Positions 34,240 through 44,054 of a DNA stretch of 64,000 bases are shown here, piece by piece (the first letter of the stretch is position 1; each line of letters opens with the position of its first letter). A model generated the notes under the pieces. The model was not told where the DNA came from and searched no databases. It was given only the letters and a program-made list of their open reading frames with translations. A program made the position numbers and the translations under genes. This DNA comes from a virus (lineage: Duplodnaviria > Caudoviricetes). The DNA lies in IMG/VR virus record IMGVR_UViG_3300044652_000025, positions 32,001 to 96,000 of that record; one strand, 5' to 3'.

Positions 34240-34496
34240 GGCATCAACCCCCGGGCGAGGACGATCCCCGCCTCCTCCAACGCGGTGAGGACGAGATCGG
34301 CCATCTGCATGCCCATCGAGGTGAAGATCTGCGCCAACTCGATGGGCATCTGGAGGAACTGCTCGATCTGGGTGCCGAGCGAACCGGCCAGGCCACCCAG
34401 CGGATCAGTCGTCTGCCCCTGGATGGCGTGGCCGAGGTTCCCGAAGGTCTGGCCGAGGACGGCTCGGGCCTCGTCACGGACCCCTGAATCGCTCAT
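34236..34496 (-). CDS. hypothetical helical protein
   Basis: ORF track; ATGA overlap. Confidence 0.65.
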   Translation of the reverse strand: MSDSGVRDEARAVLGQTFGNLGHAIQGQTTDPLGGLAGSLGTQIEQFLQMPIELAQIFTSMGMQMADLVLTALEEAGIVLARGLMP

Positions 34497-34699
34497 TGAC
34501 CGCCGCCGCCGCCGATCCGGTTCCGGAGGTCGTTGACCTTGGCGGCCAGCTGCTCCTCCAGGGAGCCCAGCCGCTCAACCTGCTCACCGGCCCAGCCGGT
34601 GCCGTCGCCGATGGCGTCGAGGACCATGGAGAGGGCCTGGAGAACCACGTCGGGTCCGGCCTCTGCCAGGTTGCCGAGTTCGCCGAGGACGTTCGTCAC
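34493..34699 (-). CDS. hypothetical helical protein
   Basis: ORF track; GGAGG RBS. Confidence 0.65.
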   Translation of the reverse strand: MTNVLGELGNLAEAGPDVVLQALSMVLDAIGDGTGWAGEQVERLGSLEEQLAAKVNDLRNRIGGGGGQ

Positions 34700-35004
34700 G
34701 GCGTACCTCCCGGAGCCGGAGCCGGGGCCGGTCCAGCGCCACCACCCGACTGGGCCTGGAGGATGTCCCGGATCTGGGTCAGGAGGTCGATCAGCTGCTG
34801 GAAGTCCTGGCGCATCTCGGCCTGCATCCCGCTGAAGTCGGGGAACATCCCGCCCCGGGCCGGGTCGTTGGGGTTCGCCGCACCCATGGCCGGGGCGTTG
34901 GGGGTCGTACCCTGCGGCTGGGCGTTGGGATCATTCGGATTCGGCTGCGGCTGACCGGCCTGATTGGCCTGCTGCTGAGCCTGAGCCTCCTGAGGATTGG
35001 CCAT
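34696..35004 (-). CDS. Q/P/N-rich hypothetical protein (MANPQEAQ...)
   Basis: AAGGAGG RBS before ATG 35004. Confidence 0.7.
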   Translation of the reverse strand: MANPQEAQAQQQANQAGQPQPNPNDPNAQPQGTTPNAPAMGAANPNDPARGGMFPDFSGMQAEMRQDFQQLIDLLTQIRDILQAQSGGGAGPAPAPAPGGTP

Positions 35005-35398
35005 CGTTGCCTCCTTGTCCGTCCTGATATCCATCTCGGTAACCGTCGCGGTAGCCCTGTCGGTAGTCGCCACCCTGGTCGGATACCGTGTCTCCGTCGC
35101 TCGGACTGGTCGTCGTCGTACTGCCTTCGTCGTATCTCGGGGAGGGGGCGGGGTAGTAGTAGTACCGGTCTCCGCCTTGGTAGGAGTGGTGACCACGGCT
35201 CTGACCACTATTCCCAGACCGACCAGACCCGCGACCACCGCTGCCAGACCGACCGTGATGGCCTGCGTTTGATCCGTCGTGGCCGCTATGAGCGCCGCTG
35301 TGACCGCCACTGTGGCCTCCTCCGCTCCGGCTGGCCGCCAGGGCCGGGGTGGGGGCCAGGACCATCAGGAAGGCCACCAGGGCCGCTCTACGCCTCAT
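34931..35398 (-). CDS. secreted Gly/Ser-rich protein
   Basis: Signal peptide; GGHS and GYRD repeats; GGGAGG RBS. Confidence 0.6.
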   Translation of the reverse strand: MRRRAALVAFLMVLAPTPALAASRSGGGHSGGHSGAHSGHDGSNAGHHGRSGSGGRGSGRSGNSGQSRGHHSYQGGDRYYYYPAPSPRYDEGSTTTTSPSDGDTVSDQGGDYRQGYRDGYRDGYQDGQGGNDGQSSGGSGSAAGQSGRSAAAESE

Positions 35399-35618
35399 CG
35401 GATTCGCCCTCCCTGATCATCACGTAGAGGTGGACGCCACGGCGCTTCTGGTGCAGCCGCTGGTACCGCACCATCGGGTGATGCGGTTCACCGGTGTTCG
35501 GATCGACGGTGGGGACCGGCATCACAGGGCGTTCGATCTGATCGGGCAGATCCCGGATGTCGATCTGTTCGCCGTCGAGGGCTCCGCCCCAAAGCTCGAC
35601 CTTCGGCATGACCATCAC
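35388..35618 (-). CDS. hypothetical protein (GGALDG motif)
   Basis: ORF track; GGAGG RBS. Confidence 0.65.
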   Translation of the reverse strand: MMVMPKVELWGGALDGEQIDIRDLPDQIERPVMPVPTVDPNTGEPHHPMVRYQRLHQKRRGVHLYVMIREGESDEA

Positions 35619-35761
35619 CTCCCACCCCTTCGAGGTGCTCCGAGGGTCTGTGGCAGGGCCTTACCCGCAGGTCAGCGGCCTGATCCTTTGAAACGGTCTT
35701 CGTCCCTTTTGGGGCATTGTCTGGAGCGATGAGGTGGGAGTTCCTGGGGTAAGCCAGGACC

Positions 35762-35929
35762 ATGGTCATCGGACTGATTCCCCTGATCCTCATCATCCTG
35801 CTGGTCCTCTGGCTCACCGGCTACGCCCGGCCCTACGCCATTGGGCCGCTCGGGATCATCCTGGTGATCCTGATCATCCTGTGGCTGGCCGGGGCCTTCA
35901 GCGGCAGCTGTAGCGGTCCGAACTGCTAA
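35762..35929 (+). CDS. small 2-TM membrane protein, 55 aa
   Basis: Read manually: MVIGLIPLILIILLVLW...GIILVILIILWLAG. Confidence 0.6.
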   Translation: MVIGLIPLILIILLVLWLTGYARPYAIGPLGIILVILIILWLAGAFSGSCSGPNC

Positions 35930-36136
35930 GGCCGGTAGCCCCGCAGCCAGTACCAGGCCCGGACGACGCGGTTCGGGCGGGGATGACGTCCCCAGACCCA
36001 GGGCGGCACCTTGAACGTCCGGGCCAGCCGGTCTGCTTCGCGCTGGCGCTGGTAGTCGTGCATGGCCCCCTCAGGAACAGCCCCGGCCCGCTCGACCGGT
36101 GGCTGGGGACACCGGGAGCGGGCCGGGGGACTTGGG

Positions 36137-37162
36137 TTAGTTCAACCTCGACTGGCAGTGGGCGCAGCGGGTGGCGTGCTCGTGGATCAGCGATCCGCCC
36201 GTCTGCTCCAGGATCCGCCGCGCACCGGACCGGCGGACGGCGGGGTTGTTGGCCTCGTTGGTGATCAGGTTGGTGAGGTCGAACATGGTGGTCGTCCCGT
36301 CGTCGCCGGTGATCTCCGGCACCCGGCGGACCAGGCCCATGAGGATCCGGTCCGAGAGGCCCTGCTCCTGGCCCATCCGCAGGAGAGCCTGCTCGGGGTG
36401 TTCGACCCGCTCCTGGCGCATGGCGTAGAACGCCTCGATCTCGGCCTCGGCCCGAGCGAACATCCGGTCGGCGATCCCCTCGAACTCGGTGAGGATCTCG
36501 TCGACGGTCTGACCCCGGGCGTCGATCCGCTCGCCCTCGTTCAGCCGCTCGTAGCCGTTGGTGCAGGCCAGGCGGTAGAGGAGGAGGCTGGCTGAGGGGG
36601 CGTAGAACTGCGTCCCCTGCTTGAGATTCTGGGTGAAGCGCAGCCCGGCGCCGGTGAGGTCACCGACCTGACGGTCGCCACCCCAGCCGCGGTCGAAGTC
36701 CGTGGGGACCAGCACGTCGAGGCGGAACTCCCGGGACGGCTCGTTCCAGAAGTCGATGACCGGGGCCTCGGGGTCGATGACCCGGGCGGCGACGTCGACG
36801 AGGCGACGGGGGTCGATGTGGCGGGACTGCTGGCTCCGGATGTCGAGCAGCCCGGAGTCGGAGAGCTTGACGGCGTGGACGTCGGCCGCGTTGGTGGTCT
36901 GGAGCATCCGCTGGAGGATGGTCTCGGTGAGGTCGTCCGGGGTCCGCTCCAGGAACTTGGCCGGGATGTCGAGGCGGGCGGCCAGGGCGGCGATGCCGTC
37001 CTTGGTGGCGGGAACCTCGCGGTCCTTGACCCGGATGCTGGGGACGTCGGCGGTGAGGTTCACGGTGATCTCGGACGACCGGGCCGAGATGACCTCACCG
37101 CCGACGTCCAGCCGCTCCCTTACGTCAGGGAGAGTCAGTGTCGGGGGTTCACGAAGGAACAT
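36137..37162 (-). CDS. DUF932-like phage protein
   Basis: LYRLACTNG motif; TMFDLTNLIT; CAGGAGG RBS. Confidence 0.8.
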   Translation of the reverse strand: MFLREPPTLTLPDVRERLDVGGEVISARSSEITVNLTADVPSIRVKDREVPATKDGIAALAARLDIPAKFLERTPDDLTETILQRMLQTTNAADVHAVKLSDSGLLDIRSQQSRHIDPRRLVDVAARVIDPEAPVIDFWNEPSREFRLDVLVPTDFDRGWGGDRQVGDLTGAGLRFTQNLKQGTQFYAPSASLLLYRLACTNGYERLNEGERIDARGQTVDEILTEFEGIADRMFARAEAEIEAFYAMRQERVEHPEQALLRMGQEQGLSDRILMGLVRRVPEITGDDGTTTMFDLTNLITNEANNPAVRRSGARRILEQTGGSLIHEHATRCAHCQSRLN

Positions 37163-37206
37163 GCTGGCGGGTACCTCCTGGGTAGATGCTGCGGGCTACG
37201 AGTTGT

Positions 37207-37235
37207 ACCTTAGCAAGGTTCCTTGATGAAGGCAA
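37207..37235 (-). promoter_or_regulatory. promoter TTGCCT-N17-TAAGGT with extended -10
   Basis: Upstream of DUF932-like gene. Confidence 0.65.
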
Positions 37236-37254
37236 GTAGTTTCACGAGATTTTT

Positions 37255-37536
37255 CTATGATCCTCTTCCTTGGCTCCAGAACCAGTCGTGAGCGCACTCG
37301 ATGAGGAGGATGGCGATCGAATGGTCGATGGCGAAGCGGAGCCGCTCGTCGTCAGGTCCGACGGCGACGTGCTCGCAGGCGAAGCTGCCGTCCTCGAAGA
37401 AGGACAGCTGGCCGGTGCAGGTCAGGGGATGGTGCGGGGCCGGGGTATGGGCGTCGTACCCGCCCGGCCCGTAGGACGACGCCGACAGCGTCGCCTGGAG
37501 GCTGATCTCGCTCCGGTTGTGAATGGGACCGTTCAC
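37255..37536 (-). CDS. hypothetical protein
   Basis: ORF track. Confidence 0.55.
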   Translation of the reverse strand: MNGPIHNRSEISLQATLSASSYGPGGYDAHTPAPHHPLTCTGQLSFFEDGSFACEHVAVGPDDERLRFAIDHSIAILLIECAHDWFWSQGRGS

Positions 37537-37733
37537 GAAGCGATAGGGGCGCCGGGGACTAGTGGTCGTGGGGCTCCAGCTTGTCGCTGGCGTCGGGGAG
37601 GGCCGACCTCGGCAGCGTCAGGATGCTCTTGCCGTGGAGGCAGACGTGGGGGAACCACCAGTTGTCGGCGTCCCACTCGCAGTAGAGGAAGTCCTTCTTG
37701 CAGAGCGGGCAGGTGGCCGTGCGCTCCCCGGGC

Positions 37734-38894
37734 TCAGATGTCATACGATTCGAGTTTGTTCGAGACCCAGGAGTACCTCCAAGAACTTGGGTCACTCGGG
37801 TTACCACGGAAGTAGGCCCCGGCGACGCGGTGGATCCCGGCCTTGTACTCGTCGGCGAACTTCGCGTACGTCCCGTTGAAGGGGGCGTCCCCGAAGGCGA
37901 ACACTCCGCCGTCCTCCCCGAAGAGCCAGTAGCCCTTGCCGGTCGGCGTCGGCAGGAAGGCGGCGATGGGAGCGTTGAGTTGGATCCCACCCAGGCTGCC
38001 GTAGAAGTTGGACGGCGCCTTGGTGTAGATGCCGCCGGACTTGGTGACCAGCCAGCCGCCGTCGGACGTCGGGTCGTCGATGAAGCCGATGGCGTCGGGG
38101 AGCGCGGTGGTGAGCACGACACCTCCATTGGGGCTGGGCTGGGGAGCGATAGGCGACGGGGCCGGGCTGTAACCCGCCGGAGGAGCCAGACCGGCCCGGA
38201 CCCAGTTACGGACGATGTCCCCGGGACAGGCCGTGGCGAACCAGTCGGAGTGGACGTGGGTCTCCTGGGTGGCCCCGGCGTGCTGGGTCATGAGCAGCCG
38301 GGCGTCGAGGAGCCCGGCCTTGGCGGCGTCGGAGAGCGGGTCGCCCACACCGGCGATGAAGCAGACGGCGTAGGACGAGCCGTTGGAGGCGTTGGTGCCG
38401 TTGGCCGCGGAGCGGTTCCAGTAGCCCCGGCCCTCGTAGATCGAGCCGTGGATGCAGACCAGCAGGTTGTAGGCGATGTCGATCCAGCCGTTGTGATCCA
38501 TGTGGTACGCCTGGATCCCCTGGACGATGCCGACGCACCTGGAATGGTCGTAGGCGCCCATCGTCGGCCCCTCGTAGTGGAAGGTGACCGAGCACCCCGC
38601 TGGCATCTTGAGGTAGGCCGAAGTCGGCTGGCGGGCACCCCACTGGGCTCGGGTGATGAAGGGCGATGCCCCGGCCACCTTCATCGGGCCGGTCAGCGCC
38701 AACCTCTGCTTGGCCTCCCGCTTGAGGCGGGTGACGTGGGGCATGACCTTGTGCAGCACCTCGCCGACGAGGCCCTCGCCCGCCGGGCTGTGGTCGTTCC
38801 CGGCGTCGACCGGTTCGGTGGGCATGGTAAAGACCGCCGGAGTGATGCCGTCGGCGGGCGGGTCCATGTTGGGGGTGAAGGTCTGGTCAGCCAT
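37734..38894 (-). CDS. endolysin, N-acetylmuramoyl-L-alanine amidase (PGRP-like)
   Basis: ITRAQWGA, GWIDIAYN, IYEGRG, HSD..TACPG; C-terminal GYWLFGEDGGVFAFGDAPF repeat domain. Confidence 0.92.
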   Translation of the reverse strand: MADQTFTPNMDPPADGITPAVFTMPTEPVDAGNDHSPAGEGLVGEVLHKVMPHVTRLKREAKQRLALTGPMKVAGASPFITRAQWGARQPTSAYLKMPAGCSVTFHYEGPTMGAYDHSRCVGIVQGIQAYHMDHNGWIDIAYNLLVCIHGSIYEGRGYWNRSAANGTNASNGSSYAVCFIAGVGDPLSDAAKAGLLDARLLMTQHAGATQETHVHSDWFATACPGDIVRNWVRAGLAPPAGYSPAPSPIAPQPSPNGGVVLTTALPDAIGFIDDPTSDGGWLVTKSGGIYTKAPSNFYGSLGGIQLNAPIAAFLPTPTGKGYWLFGEDGGVFAFGDAPFNGTYAKFADEYKAGIHRVAGAYFRGNPSDPSSWRYSWVSNKLESYDI

Positions 38895-39567
38895 GGGCGG
38901 CCTCCTCGTCGACGTCGATGGCGCTGGCCTTCTGGAGGTAGCCCTTCACCACCGGGTTGGAGGAGATGAGGGCGCCGATCTCCTTGACCTGAGCGGGCGT
39001 ACAGACCTTGGCGACGGCCTGCATGTACGAGAGGAAGCCCCGGAGGACGACCTGGTGGTCGAGGTTGCCGCCGTCCCCGGCCAGTTCCTCGGCCTTCATG
39101 ATGAGCTTGGCGAACTCGATCCCATCCTTGATGTCGGGCTGGATCTCGCCGGTGGCGACGCGCTCCAGCACCCGCTGGAGGCCGATCCGGGCGAAGCCGA
39201 GGTAGTCGATGATGCTGGTCTCGGCCTCTTCGATGCTCTTGCCGACCTGACGGGCGTGCTCCTCCATGATCCCCCGTCGGACGGCGAGATCCATGGGGAG
39301 GTGCTGGTTGCGGACGTGCTCAGCGACGTTCTGGGTGGTGAGGCCCTCTTCCTCGCCGTAGTTGCGGGCTACCGGGGCGTAGCCGTAGCCCTTGAGGAGG
39401 GCCTCCTCGATCTGCGCCCGGTGCCGGGAATTGCACACCCGGCAGTGGGTCGCCATTCGCATGGGGTACTCCCTACCCCCGACGCGGTAGACGATGGTCG
39501 AGGTGGGGCTCGTCCCAGGCCGGGTGATCGAGACCACCTCGGCGACGCGGTCGTCGTCGTTAGGCAC
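38887..39567 (-). CDS. Zn/HTH DNA-binding phage protein
   Basis: CRVC..HRAQIEEALLKG...EHVRNQH. Confidence 0.7.
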   Translation of the reverse strand: MPNDDDRVAEVVSITRPGTSPTSTIVYRVGGREYPMRMATHCRVCNSRHRAQIEEALLKGYGYAPVARNYGEEEGLTTQNVAEHVRNQHLPMDLAVRRGIMEEHARQVGKSIEEAETSIIDYLGFARIGLQRVLERVATGEIQPDIKDGIEFAKLIMKAEELAGDGGNLDHQVVLRGFLSYMQAVAKVCTPAQVKEIGALISSNPVVKGYLQKASAIDVDEEAAHG

Positions 39568-39888
39568 CTAGTCCTCGATCTCGCCGCCATGCTCGGCCAG
39601 GAAGCCCGACAGGCTCCCCATACCGTGGCGGGCTCGGGCGATCCCCTCGCGGCTGTTCAATTCCGGGCGGACGGGGTTGAGCGCCCGATGGAACATGCCC
39701 CGCCGCACCGCCGGGTCGGGGGAGCCGGACGCGGTGTAGACCTCGCGGCGATGCCGGTCGGCCTCTTTCCAGGGGGTCAGGATGTCAGCCTTGGCCGAGT
39801 GCTTGGTGACTCCCTGGAGTGACTCTCGGATCAGGCGGTTCGCTTCATCTTCAAGTGGCCGGTGGACTCCTCGTCGAATTGGCGGCAC
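39568..39888 (-). CDS. hypothetical protein (start uncertain)
   Basis: ORF track; fills gap. Confidence 0.55.
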   Translation of the reverse strand: MPPIRRGVHRPLEDEANRLIRESLQGVTKHSAKADILTPWKEADRHRREVYTASGSPDPAVRRGMFHRALNPVRPELNSREGIARARHGMGSLSGFLAEHGGEIED

Positions 39889-40298
39889 GGCTGCTCCTCT
39901 GTCACATCCACCAGGTGAGGTTCGACGGTGACGTCGATCGTGATTTCCATTCCAGCTTCGTAATCGGGCCTGAATCGGGGAAACCGCCCGGCCTGGATCA
40001 TAGAGATCAATTTGGTCAAACCATTGTTGGCGTAGATGGAGACAGGATTGGTGAACGACACACCCATCGCCACAGCAGCCTCTGCCTCTTTCATATTTTG
40101 GACGAAGCAGAGTTCAATGGCCTGATGCTGGCGTATCGGTAAGAGCGGCAGTTGCTCGTACAGGTACTCCAGATCCCAGAGCGTCCACTCGACCCCGTCA
40201 GGGTCGGTGAGTGTATCGATGCCCTCGGTCTCGTAACAGGCCCGAAAGGCCTGGAGGTTCCTGAGGAGCGACCTCAGCGTCGCCACGTCGAGCGCCAC
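39831..40298 (-). CDS. sigma-factor region 4-like HTH protein
   Basis: LPIRQHQAIELCFVQNMKEAEAAVAMGVS. Confidence 0.75.
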   Translation of the reverse strand: MALDVATLRSLLRNLQAFRACYETEGIDTLTDPDGVEWTLWDLEYLYEQLPLLPIRQHQAIELCFVQNMKEAEAAVAMGVSFTNPVSIYANNGLTKLISMIQAGRFPRFRPDYEAGMEITIDVTVEPHLVDVTEEQPCRQFDEESTGHLKMKRTA

Positions 40299-40433
40299 GG
40301 ACCACCTTCCCGCTGGCCTCCGCATGGCGCCCTGTAACCGGACGGCCGGGAAGAAGCGGCCCGGCTCCGCAGGGTCATACCCTACATTGTCTCCACCGAA
40401 CCACTTGGAGTGATGGTCGTCAAGAGGATCGTG

Positions 40434-41120
40434 TCACTGGTACCCGGTGAGCGAGTCCTTCAGTCTCTGACCGAGCCTCTCCATGGCCTTCACGAGAGCG
40501 TCGGCACGGTGACTCAAGGCGCTGAGGTAGATGGCGAAGTAACGCTCTTCGCGAGCCTCCAGATTGCCAGCTGCCCTGCGGTCATCGACGGTGCCCGTCA
40601 CCGGGGCATCGAACCCGATGGCAAACTGCTCCTCGAATTGGCCCCGGGCCATGGTGGCTTCCATGCGGATGTCAGCGGCGCGCTGATCCCAGTCGAAGAG
40701 GCGGTGGGTGATCGCGAACAACAGGTGCTCGCGCTGGGTCCGGGACAGGCGCGTGAAGTCCTCGTCGAACTGGCCATTTGGCAATCTCTTCCAGATGACG
40801 AAGCCGTGCTGGTTCCGTTTGATCTCACCGGTGATCTCGTCGACCTCCGGCGTTCGGACGGCTTCGAGAATCTCGTTCATGACCTCAAAAGCGTCCGGGA
40901 ACTCCATCAGGATCTTGCCCTCGACCGCGGCCTTGGCCCGCTGGATGACCGGGCGATCCTCGGAACGCCAGTCGAGGCGCATTCGGGCGAATCCCGGCGA
41001 CCGCATGGGGTGTTCCGTGGGCACATCGGCGGGCTGATCGATGGTCTTGCTCTCCTCGTCGGCTACCGCGTCGGCGGCGGGTTCCTGGCCGTACTGATGG
41101 CCTTGCGGGATGCCCTTCAC
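40434..41120 (-). CDS. helical hypothetical protein
   Basis: GTGA overlap with ruvC; GGAGG RBS. Confidence 0.75.
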   Translation of the reverse strand: MKGIPQGHQYGQEPAADAVADEESKTIDQPADVPTEHPMRSPGFARMRLDWRSEDRPVIQRAKAAVEGKILMEFPDAFEVMNEILEAVRTPEVDEITGEIKRNQHGFVIWKRLPNGQFDEDFTRLSRTQREHLLFAITHRLFDWDQRAADIRMEATMARGQFEEQFAIGFDAPVTGTVDDRRAAGNLEAREERYFAIYLSALSHRADALVKAMERLGQRLKDSLTGYQ

Positions 41121-41683
41121 GTCGCCTCCCTGGCGGCGACCCAGGCCAGGGCCACCGCGTCGATGATCGCCTCGTTGAGCGGTTTGAGCAGCGCCAGACC
41201 GGGGACGAGGTGGAGCAGGCACGTCTTGACGTCGTACTTCTTGGCGTTGCCGTTACCGGTGATGACCTTCTTGGCGTGCTGCGCCCCCACCATTTTGATC
41301 GGTATCTCCCGGGCGTGGGCCGCGGTCCGCAACGCCGTCGCCGAGACGAGCGACGACTCCGGCCGGGCCATGTGGTTCCCAACGGGCGGTAGCTCGTGGA
41401 CGATCACGTCGGGGCGGTACTCACCCAGCAGACGCATGTACTGCCGGAAACACTCGACGGCGCGCTGGAGGGTGTCCTCGTGGCCCTTGTCGATCGGATC
41501 GGTCTTGAGGTTGCCACCTGCCTCGACGCGGAAGGTGTCCCGGTCGCTCCAGACGTAGGCCCAGCCACTGTTGGCGATCGACTGGTCGACGGCCAGGATC
41601 CAGCCCTCGTAGCGGTACTCCTCCTCGATGTTGCGGAGGGGCTTCGGTTCCTCCCGGAACTGGGCCAGCGCATCGAGGCTCAC
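41117..41683 (-). CDS. ruvC: RuvC-like Holliday junction resolvase
   Basis: ILAVDQS..SGW, IVHE, KKVITGNGNAKK, DAVALA. Confidence 0.88.
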   Translation of the reverse strand: MSLDALAQFREEPKPLRNIEEEYRYEGWILAVDQSIANSGWAYVWSDRDTFRVEAGGNLKTDPIDKGHEDTLQRAVECFRQYMRLLGEYRPDVIVHELPPVGNHMARPESSLVSATALRTAAHAREIPIKMVGAQHAKKVITGNGNAKKYDVKTCLLHLVPGLALLKPLNEAIIDAVALAWVAAREAT

Positions 41684-41922
41684 GGTTCGGAGACCAAGGG
41701 TCGCAGCAACAATCCGGTACCGGTGCAGGGACGACACGGCCACGGACCACAGGACGTGGACACGAAGGTGGGCTGGTCACCTGCAACTCCCGGCGGGCGG
41801 CTGACGAGGCCGGTGCCGTCGCAGATGGGGCACCGCTGCCAGAGCCCGTAGTCGGCTGTCACTTTCTCCCGGAACCACACCTTACCCTCACCGATGAGGA
41901 AGTCCTGCGGACGACCACTCAT
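41680..41922 (-). CDS. Zn-finger protein with CxxCxGxG repeats
   Basis: CPICDGTG...CRPCTGTG. Confidence 0.7.
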   Translation of the reverse strand: MSGRPQDFLIGEGKVWFREKVTADYGLWQRCPICDGTGLVSRPPGVAGDQPTFVSTSCGPWPCRPCTGTGLLLRPLVSEP

Positions 41923-42222
41923 TTCTGGACCAGCATGTGGTAGCAGAACGCCGAGATGGTGCCGCCGATCAAGAAGGTCACGACCGCGGCCCAGGCCGGG
42001 GACCGGAGGGCCTCCCGGACCTCGGTGGTCAGGAACTCATGACCGTGGCGATCGAGCCATAGGTCCATCAGGATCCACTCCACGTTCGTCTGGACGATCA
42101 GGATGACCCAGAGCCAGATCCCGATGTTGGACTCGTCGGGCGGCTTGCTCACGGCCGGTGCCACCTCCACACCATCAGGCAACCCATGAGGAGCAGGACG
42201 AGGATCCAGAACAGCAGAGTCT

Positions 42223-42987
42223 TCATGCCGAAAGTCCCGCACCCATGGGACAGACCAGCCTGGCAGGGCAGGCCTGCGATTCCTTGGAGCCCGGACCGCA
42301 GCACGGCAGCGGCGGGACGAGGTCGGCGGCGGCCTGACGGACCCGGAGGTACTTCTCCCGGACAGCATGGGCGAAGTAGTCGTCGGCGTTGAGGACGATC
42401 TCCCGCATCTCGTAGGGCCAGTCGAGGGACAGCAGGAGCGTCCGGTGGCGCCGATAGCCCGAGAGTCGCATGTACTCCTGGGCCTGGGCGACGTAGACCG
42501 GCTGGAAGAGCCGGTACCACTCGGCCAACTCCGGATCCTCCGGAGAGAGCCGCGGCACCTTGGCCACCTTGGCGGGGCGCATCGTCTTGAACTCGAAGAC
42601 CTCGTCGGAGAGCGTGCCGTCCATGTGGCCGCGGGCGCCGGTCTCCTTGTCCTCGACGGCGACCTCGGTTCCGGTAAAGAGCCCACAGTCGGTGCCGACC
42701 TTCTCGATGAAGCTGTGCCAGAACTTCCCCTGGGTGACAGCCATGACGCCGTGGGGATCGAAGTCCTCGCCGACGAGACGCTCAGGCTCGGTGAGGTACC
42801 AGTAGAGCATCCGCTCTTCCCAGAGCGGGTGGGTGGAGGGGTGGAAGTAGCCGTCCGGCGGCCGGGCCTGGAAGCCCCCGACCTTGACCTGGAACGACTT
42901 GAAGCTGGGGTCGAAGAGAGCGGCCCGGATCACCGGGATGACGACCTCTCCTTTGTCGACCGCCGACAGCACCTTCCTGAAGTTCAC
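42223..42987 (-). CDS. Cas4/RecB-like PD-(D/E)xK exonuclease
   Basis: HPS, GKFWH, GHMDG, EFKT, QAQEY, C-terminal Cys cluster. Confidence 0.8.
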   Translation of the reverse strand: MNFRKVLSAVDKGEVVIPVIRAALFDPSFKSFQVKVGGFQARPPDGYFHPSTHPLWEERMLYWYLTEPERLVGEDFDPHGVMAVTQGKFWHSFIEKVGTDCGLFTGTEVAVEDKETGARGHMDGTLSDEVFEFKTMRPAKVAKVPRLSPEDPELAEWYRLFQPVYVAQAQEYMRLSGYRRHRTLLLSLDWPYEMREIVLNADDYFAHAVREKYLRVRQAAADLVPPLPCCGPGSKESQACPARLVCPMGAGLSA

Positions 42988-43442
42988 GGAATGCCGGGCT
43001 CTGGGAGACAGGGGGATCCACCTGGATCCTTTCCCTGGCCGTAGAACAACTCGTGGGCTCGCCTGTATGCGGCGAGTTCCTCGGTGAGGGTCTCGATCGT
43101 GTCGAGCATTTCCTGGAGGTCGGCCATCTCGATGACCACCAGATCGGGATCCACCTCGGTCAACCGGTCGTTGCGGTAGAAGCGGATCGGGATACAGGGG
43201 CGTTCGCCACCGGCCTGATGGACCGCCTTGGCCCACATCCGTCGGCCCACCCCGATGCTCTCGCCGCGGGTGGCCTTACAGTCCCAAGCAAATGCAATTG
43301 CGGTTGATTCGCAATAACGATCTTGGCGCCCATCCATGGGACCGTTCCACTGGTTGCCGGAGCCGCGACTCTGGCGGCCCCCGAGACGGTCGGTGACATC
43401 AGCCTCATGGTGCTTGCTCATAGCCCGGTTGAGGTCAGCCAT
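42984..43442 (-). CDS. PD-(D/E)xK nuclease, Hjc-like resolvase
   Basis: HE...GSGNQW..DG...DCKAT. Confidence 0.7.
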   Translation of the reverse strand: MADLNRAMSKHHEADVTDRLGGRQSRGSGNQWNGPMDGRQDRYCESTAIAFAWDCKATRGESIGVGRRMWAKAVHQAGGERPCIPIRFYRNDRLTEVDPDLVVIEMADLQEMLDTIETLTEELAAYRRAHELFYGQGKDPGGSPCLPEPGIP

Positions 43443-43769
43443 CGCACGCGGTCCCGTCGGACTGTCGCCACCAGTGGACCCGGTACATGCCGTCCCAGTA
43501 CATGAACTTCCAGTGCCAGCCAAGGATCTTGCCCTGGCGAACCCGGATCGTCGTTCGCACAGGATCGGCGTCCCGTAGCGGCTGGTCCGTCATTTGGCAC
43601 ACCCTTGCCGTAGGAACCAAGCTCGTAGGCCGCCCACCGTTTTGCGGCTCACGGATTTCCCGCATCGGCACATGCCGTACCACCCGGACTTGGGTCCGTA
43701 ATACGTCGCCCAGATGGCATGGTCGCCCGCGACAGTATCGGCGACCTGTCGCTCAGGCATGGACGACCC

Positions 43770-44054
43770 TCATGTGCTCGAAGAGCCGTCGCTGGAGGAC
43801 GGCAAAGACGATGGGCTCCCGGCCTCGGAGGACGGCCGACCACTCGCACTGCTGACATCCGATGCGTGCGCCCCGAACGGGCGGCCCTCCAGGACGTCGC
43901 GCGCCGACATCAGATAGCCCTGGGCTTCCTGAAGCATGGACCGGGCGTGCTCCCCATCCATCAGCGTGGTCCGGTCGTGATCCCGTTTTGCCACCTCCAG
44001 CATGTTCGAGCAGGCCGACAGCACCTGCTCGGCCGTCGTAAGGATGCCGCTCAC
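43770..44054 (-). CDS. hypothetical protein
   Basis: GTGA overlap with recA. Confidence 0.55.
   Translation of the reverse strand: MSGILTTAEQVLSACSNMLEVAKRDHDRTTLMDGEHARSMLQEAQGYLMSARDVLEGRPFGAHASDVSSASGRPSSEAGSPSSLPSSSDGSSST

Noticed and set aside
42223-42987. Cas4-like nuclease as part of the guide system
   Set aside because: 11 kb away inside the recombination operon; solo Cas4-like exonucleases are common in phages and nothing links it to the arrays
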